This document shows positions 1 to 13,262 of a stretch of DNA of 64,000 nt, piece by piece (the stretch's first letter is position 1; every line of letters starts with the position of its first letter). This DNA comes from Camelus dromedarius. Lineage: Eukaryota. Location of the stretch: NCBI RefSeq assembly GCF_036321535.1, contig NC_087437.1, positions 18,850,001 to 18,914,000 on the forward strand, read 5' to 3'. The notes below the pieces were generated by a model. It did not search any database, was not told where the DNA came from, and worked only from the letters and a program-made list of their open reading frames with translations. A program made the position numbers and the translations under genes.

Positions 1-148
1 TAGCATGCACAAAGTCCTGGGTTCAATCCCCAGTACCTCCATCTAAAATTAAATAAATAAACCTAATTACCTTTGACTCCAAAATAAATAAATAAATAAA
101 ATTATACCCAAAAAAATGTAAAAAGAAAAAAAAAAAGAAAACATAAAA
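1..148 (+). mobile_element. Vic-1-type tRNA-derived SINE (5' end cut by window)
   Basis: TAGCATGCACAAAGTCCTGGGTTCAATCCCCAGTACCTCC, then AAATAAACCTAATTACC and an A-rich tail. Confidence 0.85.
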
Positions 149-932
149 GGGCTAAGAGTCATACCTCTGTCACGGAGAAGAGAGGGAAAAAACAAAATAG
201 GAAGGGGTGGGGCCTAGTAAGGGAGGCAGTGAGGGCACTAGACTAATAGGAAGTATTCTCAGGGACTGGCCTGGCCGATTGAGAAGGCTGATCACACTGT
301 ATTGTCGATGCAATTTGTCTTCAACTCTATTAACTTGCAAGTCTAAAATGGTGTCATTCACTAAAGAAATCAAAGTTGAATGTTGAAAAATAATATAGCA
401 GGCACTTTTAAAACCAATTAGCTCTGGTATGCAGAGTTAGCTAGATCAAAGGTTATAGCCCAGGTTCCCAAGGGGTTTGGGTGTGACTCTGCCTTGTGGA
501 ATGCGAGCTATAGCTATTTATCAACAAAGACTCTTCCCTGTTTGTTGTTGTGGAGAAGCCACCTGAGACTCCAATTTACCCTGTTTTTATAAATAAAGAC
601 GATAATGTAATATAATTCAGATAATATTTTAAATAATCTACTACCTTGAACAGCTGGAGTCCAGAATTTTCTGGCCTACTAAGAAGGCATCAGAGGCAGA
701 TATGTCTCAAACAGGCCAGTGGCCTGTTTTCAGTTTCACCCGGATTCACCCATTCCTGAATTTTTATTGGGGAGCCTATATTCAGCTCCTATGACAGCTC
801 ACAGGGTCTTATATTTGCAAGACAAAGCTCTAACTTCAAAGGGAATTCCTTTAGCTAAAGAGGTGGGCTTCATCAGAGTCTTTTTTTTTCCTGTGAGCAA
901 AGACCAAACCAATTGTTGGCTTTAGCTTCTGC

Positions 933-1096
933 TTTTTTTTTTTTTTTTTTTTTTTGCCGGTGGGGGTGGGGTGGGGTGGGGGACGGGTGATTAGGTTCAC
1001 TTATTTATTTACTTTTGGAGGAGGTACTGAGTAGTGAGCCCAGAATCTTGTGAATGCTAAGCGTGCGCTCTGCAACTTGAGTTTATGACCTTCCCC
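933..1096 (-). mobile_element. Vic-1-type SINE
   Basis: Reverse-complement head, G-rich spacer and poly(T); imperfect TSD tagcttctgc/taacttctgc. Confidence 0.85.
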
Positions 1097-1984
1097 GCTA
1101 ACTTCTGCTTCTTAATCAAGTCTTTATTTCAAAATGTAGGTAGATGAGGTGGTTTGACTTTTTGTAGCAACTTTTGATTCTTCAGTTAAGCTGAGTGCAC
1201 AGGTGTAGAGCAGTCTTGAAATACCTATGCAAATAAATGGGGAAGCTAGCAGGTACCGGATGGTCTGGAAAACAGAAACCTGGATTGCTCAATCTGAAAG
1301 GGTGGGGACCAGAGTGAAATTTGAGATGATTTCTCTAGTCCTCAGTCCCTTAGATTGGTCATGGAGCAGATAAATGTTCCTCTTACAAGATCAAGATTTA
1401 TACATTGAGAGGGTTCAGGGATGTTCCATTCAGACTAAACGTCCAAAATAAAATAAGCAAGTATTTGCCAAGTATCTCTTAATAGCTACCAAGAGAAATT
1501 CACACAAGGCAGTGTTTCTCAAATTCCAATAATACACAGACTCTTTTGAGGGTTAAAAAAAAAATGTTCCAGACTCATGAGAATATTCACTTCTTCACTC
1601 ACCCAGCAGCAGTTCCAGGCATCGGATCAATGGTGGAGATATGGGGGTGAACATGATTCCTACAGCATCTGTTGCAGAGGAAGAAACAGTCATTAATGAA
1701 GTCATCACATGATTAACTGCAAATTACAGCTAAGTGCATTAACGTGGGGGTGCCTCATACTTTGAAACTAAATAATGGAGGAATTGACTGAAAGGGGAAA
1801 GCAAAACTTTCTCTGAGGATGGGAAAATTTGCCTCAGTCTGAAGGGAGATGAAACCAGGCAAAGAGCGGGAACCTAAAGTGTTGCAATCAGAAAAAATAG
1901 GGGTCCTGTGGCAGGAGAGAGCATGGCCATTTGAAAAACCAAAAATGACCAGCCAGAGTGCAGGTATAAGACCCTGGGTAGACA

Positions 1985-2570
1985 TTACCCCAACTCACTA
2001 ATATTTTCGGTTCTCTTCCCCTCCAGAGTGCTTGGGAGGACTATACTTCCCCGCTCCCTTGAAGTTAGATGGAATCCTTAAAATTGAATGGAAACATAAG
2101 GCTTGTTTTGGTCAAGGAAATATGAGCAGAAGTAGTATCTGTTACTTCTCAGTGGAAGCATTTAAGAGATGGAGTGTGTTTTGTAATAACCTTTAATGAA
2201 AATAATATGAAAATGAATATGTATGTGTGTGTATATATATATATATATATACACACACATATACATGACTGGGACATTAGGCTGCACACCAGAAATGGAC
2301 ACATTGTAACTTCAATTTAAAAAAAGAGAGGGAGAAAGAGAGATGGAGTACATTTTTCTCCAGGTCCTCTCTTTCCCATGTGCTGATGTGACGGTACCAC
2401 AAAAAAGGATCAGTGCTGTGGATCTTGGAGCCAACACATGAAGGATGGCTACCCTGGAGAGCTGGAGAAGACTGGGAGTGAACTAGAAATAAACCTTCAC
2501 CCTTTTAAACTACTGGGATGTAGGAGTTGTCTGTAATTGCAGCAAACCTAGCCTATCATACTGATACAGA
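1985..2570 (+). mobile_element. MaLR (MLT1-like) LTR interrupted by an L1 fragment
   Basis: Typical MLT1 3' end GAAATAAACC...GCAGCAAACCTAGCCTATCATACTGATACA. Confidence 0.65.
2182..2338 (+). mobile_element. Short L1 3'UTR end
   Basis: CACCAGAAATGGACACATTGTAACTTCAATTTAAAAAAA; TSD agagatggagt at 2165-2175 and 2339-2349. Confidence 0.75.
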
Positions 2571-3881
2571 CTCAAATTTCAGACTCTCCACAGAGGAAAC
2601 ACATAATCCAAAGGAAAAACACTAAAATAATTCACAACTTACACAGAATTTCTTTCACCTATAACTATATCTACATCTCATCTGCATTCACAGACCTTTC
2701 TTTATTCAGTCATGAATTTCTATACCTAGCTTTGTAAAACTGCATCTGATTTATGGTATCTCATTTTCTATATGAAGCCTTAAACACTGAAGCATGTTTT
2801 TCTCATTTTGTAAAGTTGAATAGAAAACATTAATTAAATGCTTCTCTACTATCTATTAGCATCAAGCTCAGTATCTCAATTTATTTATTTAATCTTCCTG
2901 ATATAATCAATGAAGGTCTATTATTATATGCATTTTCTAGATGAGAAAACTGAGGCTCAGTTGTACTTGTGTCTGCTACCAGATTGTAAATTTCTTGGCA
3001 ACAAAGTATGGATATAGTGTTTATTTTTATACTTCCCACAGTTGACACAGAGACTTGCTCTGAGTGAGTCTTCAGCAAATGTGTATTAGGTCCCTTCACC
3101 GGAATTCCCATAGCACTACTGAAACAGGGATTCAAACTGCACTGTTCAGCCAGTAGCCCTGGTTGCTTTGGTACCACACTAACCCCTGTCCTCCAGCCTC
3201 GTTGAGTTCTATTCCTCCAGGATGTTAGTTAATTCAGTGTTTTCTAGGAATATGCAGTTTATGGCCTACCCATACAAGGCAGCAAAAAAAAAAAAGGAGT
3301 GGGTTTAAATTTTGTATTCAACTTTGAAAACCATTAAGTCATCTGTTATTTGAAGGGGGAAAAAAAGAACAACAGAAAACACACCTGACTGTACATATGA
3401 TTAAATGGCCTTGAGGATATAACATAAGCCAACCAAAGCACAGAGTTCACCCTGCAACCGCATCCTGAAATTGTCTTCACTTCCACTCTGATTCTTTGAA
3501 TGAGCTTCCCAGATGTTATTTCCCAGTGATGACGTGACCTAATATCTGGAGCTCTGAATTGCTCTGAACTGGAAAGATGCTATCTTATTACACTTCAGTC
3601 CAAGCAGCTTAATGCAGTAAGTATATAAGGGGGTGTGTGCATGTTTACAATATTATATGCTAAAATAGAGATGTAATGGAATAACATCATTATGTGTGAT
3701 GCAATCTGATGTTTTCTAGGCCATTTCTCTTTTCTGTGCTATGTTATTTCATATTTTAAGACCTGTAGTTGCAATCCACCAAATTAATTTCACCAGCTAT
3801 TTAGTCTTGGTGTTTGAAAAACACTGGTCTAATGCAAATGTTAAAGTCACTACTCCCTGAGTGCAGGAATGCATATATCTT

Positions 3882-4000
3882 TTGGAGGGGGAGGTAATTA
3901 GGTTTATTTATTTATTTTTTTTTATGGAGGTACTGGGGATTGAACCCAGGGCCTTCTGCATGCTAAGCAGGCACTCTACCACTGAGCTACACCCTTCCCC
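3882..4000 (-). mobile_element. Vic-1-type SINE
   Basis: Complete A/B-box head; 18-bp TSD caggaat(g/a)catatatctt at 3864-3881 and 4001-4018. Confidence 0.9.
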
Positions 4001-4065
4001 CAGGAATACATATATCTTATTTACCAGAATATTTAGAACTTACTCTTGTATTTATTTATTTCAAT

Positions 4066-4190
4066 TTATTTTTCGGGGGGGTAATTAGGTTCACTTATTT
4101 ATTTTTTTTTAGATTAGGTACTGGGGATTGAACCCAGGAACTTGAGCATGTTAGGCATGTGCTCTACCTCTTGAGCTATATCCTCCCCCC
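4066..4190 (-). mobile_element. Vic-1-type SINE
   Basis: GGTACTGGGGATTGAACCCAGG...GAGCTATATCCTCCCCCC. Confidence 0.85.
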
Positions 4191-7100
4191 TTATTTACTT
4201 AATTTTTTCCAAATAAACGAGGGAGCAACTACCTACCACGTAAAACTGAACCAGGAGCTGGGAAAGCAGTCATGACCAAAACGAAGAGCCAAAGCTGAGG
4301 GGATCCTTGCCCTGATGGAGCTTACAGCCTACTGAGGGAGACAGACTTACAACCAACATGAAATTAAATTATTTAATTACAAAATTGCTATGAGAATGTC
4401 AGTCAGATATATGTAACCATGTATGGGGTCAGGGGAGGCATCTCTTGGAGTGATGGAGTGACATTTAAGCTAAAGACCTAAAGTCCAAAGAGAAGTTAGC
4501 TGCATAGGATTTGAGTGGCAGAGCGGTGAGGAGAGCATTCAAGGCAGAGGAAAGAAAACTGTCAATGAACAGAGACAAGAAGGAGTTGGGCACATGGAAA
4601 ATCACTCCCTATACCCACTCTGCAAAAAGGGGCCTAGATCTCTGTTGTTTCTGTCCCTACTTTTCCTTTGGAAGCCCCTTTCCCCTACCCAACATGGGCC
4701 TGGTGGGACTTCTTCTGCAGGAGCCCTTCTATCCAACGAGCATGAGTTGGGGCCCAGCCATTCAGAGCTCTCCATCTTCCTGACCACAGTGGTGAATGTG
4801 ATTAGCTCAGGGAGGGGCAAGTGACTTCAGCTGGGCCAAATCAAGATCATCTTTATAACTGGTACAGGGAAGGGTCCCTTTTTCCTCTGGGATTATAGAT
4901 GTAAGATCCAATAAAGCCAGAGCTCTTTTCCATCGTGAGAAGAGAGCACGTCAGAAAATTAAACCAAAATACAGAGGAAATGTGTGCTAAAAGCAGATAC
5001 AATAGAGGGAGAAAGAACATCGATTGAAACTCTGGGTCCAGACAGGCCTGAAGCCAACAGATCAGCAACACTTTACAATTGTTTCAGCTAATAACTCCAC
5101 TGTTCCCTAGTGCTGGTTTTAGTTGGTTCTAAGTATGAAAGGAAAGTTAGAAAGCCAATTAATTTCTTTTTTAAAAGAAGTACAGAAATATGTTTGTGGG
5201 GATCACAGACCCACTTCTTCCCTGAATGGGAAATTTCTGGAATTTGCCAGGTTTCAAGAGTTCCAGATTTATAAGGGTGGCCATTTCCTTCTTTCCTTCC
5301 TTCTTTCCTTCCTCCCTCCCCACCTCCCATCTCTCTCTCTCTTTCTCCATCTTTCTCTCTCTACTGTATTGGTTGTGTGGATTAAAGGCTACAGGAGTTT
5401 GTAGACAAAGCTGGGAAGCTAGGATATATTCCCAGCTGGAAATATATCTAGCTAGAGTGGCTTAGACGAACGTGTAGGGCTGACAATAGAGATCAAGAGA
5501 AGCAAATTTAAGAACAATTTTGGTACAGCTGCTAGGACTTGGTCATGCATTAGATCTAAGGGGCTGAACTGTCAAGATGAATGAATAAAATGGATAAACT
5601 GACACATGCTGAGTTCAACAGTCACAGAGCAGGTGAAATGGCTTAGACCCTATGGTAGGAGCTAGGACAGCAGAGATGAAGACAGCTCCTGCCTTCAAGG
5701 AGTTTACAGCAGAGGAGCTCTTGATATTCAGAAAAGAAACAAACAAACAAAAGGAGCAACAACAACAAAAACCAAACCAGGAATAGGGAAGGGTTCGCCT
5801 GGAGTTGAAAGAATGAGCTTTGAATTCCTTCTGGACATGGGGACCTGACCCTTGCCTTTGTAAGATGAGACTTGTGGTAATTGTGGTTCCCTAGTCTCCA
5901 GACTCCCAAGGCTGTTATAGGGATCAGCAGAAGGACTCAGGATGGGACTGGGAGGACAGTGTTTGAGGGGAAGGAAAAAAGATGGGGGCAAAATGTGGGC
6001 GAGGTGGAAGTGCATGCTGAACTTCATTATCATAACCAGCCAAATAGGATTTGGAGAAACAAGGGGTGTGAGAGGAGGTGTTTTATGATGACAGAATGGG
6101 ACCTCCAAGGGCACTGTGAGGCCTGCTATCTCAGAGGCCATGGGACAGAAAAGCTGTCAAACCAGATTAAATGATCGAATCGCATGTTTTATTAAATCAA
6201 AACACATAGGAAGAAGCAAGGGGAAAAAGATGGGGTAGGTTGTTGCATTTAGGATAGGAAACAAAGAGGTAGAAGCGTGACAGTACCTGAATCTTGGGGG
6301 GACACCATGTTTGCATGTTGTCTCTTGCCTGCACCAGCCTTCCCTGCTAAGGGTGAGTTTCTAAGACCAGAGTTTTGATGTTTAAGCAAAGGTGTGCCCA
6401 TAGGTGGAAGTTTCCCTGGGTCAATGACACACACTAAGATCAAAGAAATGCCCAGATCAGTACACCTGGCCACCGAAGTACCTCATCAATTAGCCAACTG
6501 AGCAGCTATGGGTTTTATTTGTATATTTTGGACAGAGGATGGGGCCAGAATGTTTGTTATCTTCCGTGTTAAACTTTACACGTGAATATTTAGTGTGTTA
6601 TGTATATTTAGGATATCATGAATATTTAGAGTTCCAGTGCCTCATGTATATTTAGTACCTCTAAAATATTAGGTATCTCTTGGTCCTTTCACCCTTTCTA
6701 TGTTTAAGCACACATATCTTGTACTTACTATCTTTTCTTAATGAAGTTTTGCCTTCATCTTACAAACTATAAACTTATTTTCTAAAATAGAATTGAATAG
6801 TCTACGAAGCAAATGCACAAGATGGTAAGATTTCCAGGTCTCCAAATCAGAGAATCTTCTGGGAGTGATGAAAGTTAGTCAGGCCAAGAGGGCCTGAAGC
6901 AGTGGTGAGGGCTCTTCAAAAACCAAATAGGAAATTAAAAGAGCTAAACCCAGGAATGGAAGAGGGGCAGCCAGAGCCTTCCAAGGGATGCTCCGGGAAG
7001 CAACTCGGATAAGCAGAGCATCCAACCCAGACAGGGAACAAGTGGCTTTTCCCTACAGCCTCAAGAAGGGAGAATTCAGGGAAGAGGTGAGAGGAAGTGG

Positions 7101-7320
7101 GGCCAGGTCCAGTTCAGCCCAGCCCAGACTTCCATCCTGGGGATAAAGACCAGCTCATACCAGGACTCCCCAGGTTTCTTGCAAATCTGTAACTTCCTTA
7201 AATTAGTTATTTTTGTTTTCCTCGTTTCCCTGCAGCTCAACTAGTAAAATGAGTAGGGTTTAAGCAAGGAAAGGAGGAAGTGCAGTGGGGGGTTGGCTAC
7301 TTATTTAAAAGCTGTCCTGT

Positions 7321-7447
7321 GGGGGAGGCCATATCTCAAGTGGTAGAGTGCATGCTTAGTATGCATGAGGTTCTGGTCCTTCAAGAATAAATAAATAAAT
7401 AAACCTAATTACCTCCCCCTATTAAAAAAAAAGATTAAAAAAAAAAA
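7321..7447 (+). mobile_element. Vic-1-type SINE with internal B-box deletion
   Basis: CTCAAGTGGTAGAGTGCATGCTTAG head and AAACCTAATTACCTCCCC tail; GGTTCAATCC is missing. Confidence 0.85.
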
Positions 7448-8421
7448 GCTGCCTGGGGAGCCAGAACGGGCCCAGATTTGGTAGGCAAGGGTGGGGGTGG
7501 CTGTGAATCATTTGACAGCCCCCAGGGAGCCTGTGGGGAGAGAGGAAAACCAGGTCCATCCCAGCGGAGGTGTGAGAGCTGGCTGGGGTGGGGGTGAGAG
7601 CTCTGACCCAGACAGCTCAGCTAGCCCTTCAGGGAATACTTGAGCTTTTAAAAACCACTTTGCTTTGTAGTCAGAGGTGTAGGAACTGACTGCTGTGGGA
7701 AGGAGGAGTGTGGGAAGTATTTCTGCCCCCTCCCCTCCTGGCTCCCACCGTTCGCAGGGCTGCCTCCTCCATCACTGTACACTCATTGTCTGCTCTCTGT
7801 AGGTCTCCCCCAGCAGACCGTGAGCGTCCCAGGAGCAGGCACTGTGTCCGATTCACCTCTTTCTGTCTCACAATGTGGCCCAGCGTGGGGCCTGACACTT
7901 GGAAGTTTCTCAAAGAGTTACTTGTGAATGAATGAACAAATGAATGCTTTCTTTGAACTACACTGAACTCAAGATGGGATTTACAGAGAAGGAAAGGCCT
8001 GATTACCACTTAGCCTGGCATTCGTGTGCCTCCAGGATTCATGGAGGCAGTGAGCTCCTAAGGTTTGGTTTCTGTGTTTATATGTATTTTCCTGGGGATA
8101 TGATTCTATCTCACTCATCAGGTTTTCAAAGGGGTGTCTGTCCCCTCAAAAGGATAAGAATAATCACTTGAGAAAAGAGTTCTAGGATGGAGATTTTATA
8201 TACATTTTTTTCGCATGGATTTCCCTGAAACAAATTACCTTTTCTTCCCAACACTGCTGTTTTCTTTCTGTACATAATCTCTTGGAGTTTCTTATTTTGT
8301 GATGTCAGAATCTCCCATTCATCTGAGTAAGTGGTAACAAGATGCTGATTGGATTCAGGAGGCGCCACCCCAAAATATTTGGCATATTTAATATCTTAAG
8401 CTGGAGGAATTTTTAAGTGAT

Positions 8422-8526
8422 GGAGGGAGGGTATAGCTCAGTGGTAGAGCACGTGCTTAGCATGCACAAGGTCCTGGGCGCAATCCCCAGTAAATAAATA
8501 AATAACCAAATTCCCCCCCCCCCAAA
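8422..8526 (+). mobile_element. Vic-1-type SINE
   Basis: GGGAGGGTATAGCTCAGTGGTAGAGCACGTGCTTAGCATGCAC. Confidence 0.85.
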
Positions 8527-8895
8527 TTTCTTTTAAAAAGTGGCAGAAGCTGGAGAGTCCCTTTCACTTCCCACCCCGCTTCCCTGACAACAGGTCATAA
8601 AACTCACATGTGAAAAGTACCCTCCGTACACTAGGAGGAAGGAGGACTCTCATTACCAGGGACAAGCAATTTAGAGCTGAGACTATATAAACAAACAGCA
8701 TTAATCTAACACTTAACTTCCTCGTTACTTCTTCAGCATTTACTAGTCTTACCCCAAACCCCTTTGTCTTGTTCATTCTTCACAAATTTATTATTTGTCT
8801 AAAAGATACAAAAATTTCCAGCTCTGGTCACTTCTTTGGGTGTTCATTCTATTGGGAGGGCTCCCATGTACACGAAAAAATTCAATAAAATTTCA

Positions 8896-9028
8896 GGGGG
8901 AGGGTATAGCTCAGAGGTAGAGTGTGTGCTTAGCATGCATGAGGTTTTGAATTTAATCTTCATTACCATTAAACAAACAAACAAACAAACCTAATTGCCT
9001 CCCCCCCAAATAAATATAAAAATTAAGG
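8896..9028 (+). mobile_element. Vic-1-type SINE
   Basis: Head plus tail; flanking duplication aaaaaatt(c/t)aataaaat. Confidence 0.85.
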
Positions 9029-9189
9029 AAAAAATTTAATAAAATCTATATGTTTTTCCTTTGTTAATCTGTCTTTGTCAGTTTAATTTTCAGATTCTGG
9101 CAGGAGTGGGAAGAGAGAAATTTTTTCTTCCCCTTAAGGGCCTCAGTCAAGGCCCCCTGAAAGGTTTCTCCCACACTCCTGGCTCGTTT

Positions 9190-9950
9190 GTTCCTGGGTT
9201 TGCAGGTGGGAAGACGGCGTGGAGCCGGTGTGGGGCTCGTTGGAAGTGAGACCTCCAGGGCAGCGGCAGAACCCGGAAGAGCCGCGGAGTCACCTGCTAC
9301 CTAATCCAGTTCCCCGCACCGTCAGCCGCCTCTCCTCTCTCTGCATAACAATGGAAGGAAAGAGGAAGTGGGAAAGAGTAAGGTCATCTAATTGAGTTAG
9401 AAGGGTAATTACCAGGACCTTGGAGAAGAGGTCTTGGGAGTGGCTCCCAGAAAGAAGGGCTAAAGACAGCGTACAAAGATGAAGAGTGGGGAAATGAGTA
9501 ACAAATATTCACTTGTGTGGGGAAGCAAAAAAGTAAAAACCTCAGCGCGGAATCGCTCAGGCTCTGGGGAGGCTGAGGCCGGCAGCAAGGAGGGCGCTGG
9601 GGCTGGGGCGGGAGCGGAGAGAAAGCGACAAGCCAGGCGGGATTTTGCGGCGGCCGCCTTGGCCTAGTATTGAGTATCGGTGCCACAGGAGAAGGATGAG
9701 TCAGTGCTAGCAGATCCAAGTTTAGGATAAAAGCCACTGAGAAGGCACTTGGCAAACACCTTTCCTGTGAGAGGGCTCGCTGACCATTGCAAAGAGGAAT
9801 CCCCCAGCCTGATCCTGGGGGAGCGGCGGGCGGGGAGGTGGGGAGGCTGTACTCTGCGAAAGAGCTCGTTCTCATGGAGACTGAGAGTGAGGTGCTATGT
9901 TATCTCCCTTTCCTTCCTCTGCGGGAGGTTTCAGCCAGAGATGCCGCCCG
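9190..9950. promoter_or_regulatory. CpG-enriched promoter/enhancer-like island
   Basis: Local CpG retention; CCGGAAG ETS motif near 9274; GGGCGG GC boxes; AP-1 TGAGTCA at 9697-9703; consensus donors GTGAGT at 10006 and AAG|GTAAGT at 10194. Confidence 0.55.
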
Positions 9951-10428
9951 TTGGTTTCATAGAGGTGTTTAAAGCCAGGGTTGGCCTAGTGCAGAAGGCA
10001 AAGGGGTGAGTGCCAGATGATGGTTGTGAACGCCACATCTTGCTGCAGAAGGCAGGGAAGCGTGCTCTGAAACTAAAAACGTTCTTGGTCATGGTCGTGG
10101 CTGTAAGTGCTTAGTGTGCCTTGGTGCCTCATGAGAGAGAGTGAGGAGCCCTGTGGGGATTTGGCCAACTGGCATCTGATTCCTTTGAGGAAGGTAAGTT
10201 CCACCACCCCATCCTGACATTCAGGGCTGTTGAAAGGATGGGCAGGACCGCGTTGCATCACTCAGCCTAAGTCTGCACGGAAACATAGAAAGTGACCCTG
10301 AGCAGGTATTGGCCCACTACTTGAGCAGTTCATGGTGGCTGAGCACGGATTATACAGCATGTTAGGGAAAGATTGTCGGTTTTGAAGGAAGTTTGTGATA
10401 GGTGACTTTGCTTATATGGTTTTGTGGG

Positions 10429-10569
10429 TTTTTTTTTTTTTTTAATTTTTTTGGAGGGGCAGAGATAATTAGGTTTATTTATTTATTTTTAATGGAGGTA
10501 CTAGAGAGATTGAATCCAGGACCTGGTGCATGCTAAGCATGCACTCTACTACTGAGCTATACCCTCCCC
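10429..10569 (-). mobile_element. Vic-1-type SINE
   Basis: TAATGGAGGTACT...CTGAGCTATACCCTCCCC. Confidence 0.85.
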
Positions 10570-10949
10570 TTCATGCTTGTTTTTTTAAATTGTGGATATA
10601 CATGCTATTTTAACAAACTGTTTTAAAATTATACAATTCAATGACATTAATTTATGTTCACAGTGCTGTACAACTCTCACCACTATTTTTTGCCAAAACT
10701 TTTTCATCGCTCTAAACAGAACCGTTGTACTCATTTGTGTGCTGCTTTTTATTGTTGTTTTTCTATAGATTATGTTGGCTTTTTTTCTCTGGAATATGCT
10801 GGTCTCTGTGCCAACGGTTGGGGCCATGGCAAGTCACACCTTGTCAAGAAGTCTCTTCACCTGAGTTTCTTTCATCACAAGATTGCTGTGAGTTCTTTCT
10901 GTGCAAACAGCACTGCTACTTTTTTTTCTACATATGCACACCTATTTCA

Positions 10950-11418
10950 ATAAAGCAGATATATCAAAGACTTAGTGCTTAATACTACAACCCTTTCGCT
11001 TGCTCACAATTCTGTGAGTCATCAATTCAGCAGAGCTCAACTGGGCATTTCTTCTGCTATTATCAATGAGGGCCATTCATGCCACTGCAGTCTTCTGGTG
11101 GCTCAACAGGAGTTGGATGTTATATAATATGGCCTCATTCTGTGAATGAGACAGTGTCTGGCGCTGGCTATGGGCTGGTTGGTATATTTCCAGCATGCTA
11201 CCTGGGCAGCTGGGTTCCAAAAGCAGCAAGAGAGAGACATCAAGACCCACCATGCAAACAGTTTTCAAGCTCTGCCGGAATCGTCTTTGCTAACGTTCCA
11301 TTGTCCAAAACAAGTCACATGATGAAGCCCAGAGTTAGTGTGAGAGGGGATTTAATGAAAGTCCAGATACAAGCAGGTGCAGTTCCTTGGGGTCATTACT
11401 GTGATAATCTACCACACC
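10950..11418 (-). mobile_element. MaLR (MLT1-like) LTR
   Basis: GCTCACAATTCTGTGAGTCA...CCATTGTCCAAAACAAGTCACATG...ATCTACCACA pattern. Confidence 0.6.
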
Positions 11419-13262
11419 TCTATACTATTTTGCATTTTGATTTCCCCCTTTACAGTATATCTATTTTCTAAGTTGCTCTAGTTATTATAATTACATTTAT
11501 TATGACTACACAACAGCCAATCAGAAGATTGCCAAAACGTACTGGCTCATTATTACTTAATCATTATTACTCTATTTTTTTGCATTTGTTTTAATTTTCA
11601 CTATTAAGAATCATTAGTTAAACAGATACTTATGAGTACCTACTATGTGTAAGGAATTATTCAAAGGCACTAGGGACACAGTTTGTTTATATTCTTGTGG
11701 GTGGGTGGGGAGTAAACACAGACAAACACATGAATATATAATATTCATTAGGGAGAGAAGCAGAGAAAGAAGATTAGAGCCTGGAAAATGGGGGTGGTGG
11801 GATGGGGTCTGCTATTTTAAGTCTTTAAAAAAACATTTTGGGATTATGTTCTAAGAATAAGGATTATTTCTTTGCATCACATCCTTGTTGTAAAAAGTGA
11901 GATCACTAGGACATAGGGTAGGAATATTGTTAAAGCTTTCAAGGTGGATTGCCCAATGCGCTCCCAAGGGCTTTCCCAATTTATACTACCACCAGCAGGA
12001 GTTTGCCAGTAGAACTGCTTTGACCATAGTAACACTGAGCATTCTCATTAAAAAAGGAACCTTTGCCAGTTTAATAGTTTTTTCAAGACAGCATTTTATA
12101 TATGCTTGACCACTTTTTGGACTTTGTGAGCTTTTGAGCTGTAGTTGCCATTTTCCATTGTTTTGGTGTGTGTGTGTAAGAGAAGGGTTAAGTGGCAAAA
12201 AAGAAAAAACAAATCTAGATATAATCACATTTTGACATATACATGTTTCCTGGTGTGAAAAAAATTGAGTATAGAATATCTGGAATTATCAAGAGCCAAA
12301 TATGGAGGAAACCAAATATTTTTAATCAAGGGGTTTACAAGTAGGTATTTCTTGAAGTAGCAGCTTAATCTTGGCCCTGGAGGGATAAAAGGTTCCTTGT
12401 TGGGGGCCCATCTTGATATGTTTGTTTCTGAACCTGTGCTCTGTACTCTACTCAGCTGGGCACACTCTTCGGCACTGACCAGGGGGTGGGGCCGCTTCCT
12501 AACAGGAAGGACCTCGGTCCTGGGCTCATTGTGTCTATTTCTACTTTCTAGGTCCATCAGTATTAGCAGGCTCCGTGTCTATGACCCATACATATGTCTG
12601 TCTGCCCCATGGGAAAGTGTTTCATTCAGTAATTAATGCATGTATTTATCTAATAATTTATCCGTCTATTCCTTTGGGCATGTATTCATACATTAGTGCA
12701 GTCATTCATTCAGGACACGTTAAGTAGAAGATTTACCCCAGAAGGATCGATGATAATCAGAGACCCACATGGGTGCCCAGGGAAAGGTCCCAGGCTGTAG
12801 ACCTGCAGCTCTGTTGTTGGTGTTGTATAAATTGAGATCATAGCATTGTGCTGGCCAACCCTTTTTGGTCCACTGACTTTGAACAAATTCTTGTTTTACC
12901 AAACCCAAAGCAAAATGTGCTGACTAAGCCTCCTTTACCAGGAAAACTGTATTACATTTCTCTTTGTGATAGGAAAGGTTAGAACAACAATGTGTAACCT
13001 TAACAACTCTGAGCACTAAATCCGTACCATGTCAGCTATGAAAAAATAGATGTCCCTGCATTCAAGTGACAGACTTTATTTGACAAGTTTATGTACCTTT
13101 GTGCTAAAGGATGAGGGACATTTTTTTAAAAAGCAAAATTCAGACTTTGTGTCCTTAAGGGGCTTATAATCCAGTTGGAGAAATAAGACCAATTCACCTA
13201 GAGTTGTAGATAATAGAACTAAGGAGTGTTTTATGTTGAAAGCTGCCTAAAGACCATCTGGA

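Larger units (their letters stand above)
8343..9137 (+). mobile_element. ERV1-class solo LTR (MER34-like) interrupted by two SINEs
   Basis: GCCACCCCAAAATAT near the start; AATAAA and TGTTAATCTGTCTTTGTCAGTTTAATTTTCAG near the end. Confidence 0.65.

Noticed and set aside
958..988. G-quadruplex-like (GGGGT)n run
   Set aside because: It is the expanded C-rich spacer of a SINE tail, with no evidence of function
8422..8490. tRNA genes (tRNA-Ala-like GGGTATAGCTCAGTGGTAGAGC...GGTTCAATCCC, many copies)
   Set aside because: Each has the SINE tail, poly(A), TSDs and scattered mutations, so these are retroposed SINE heads
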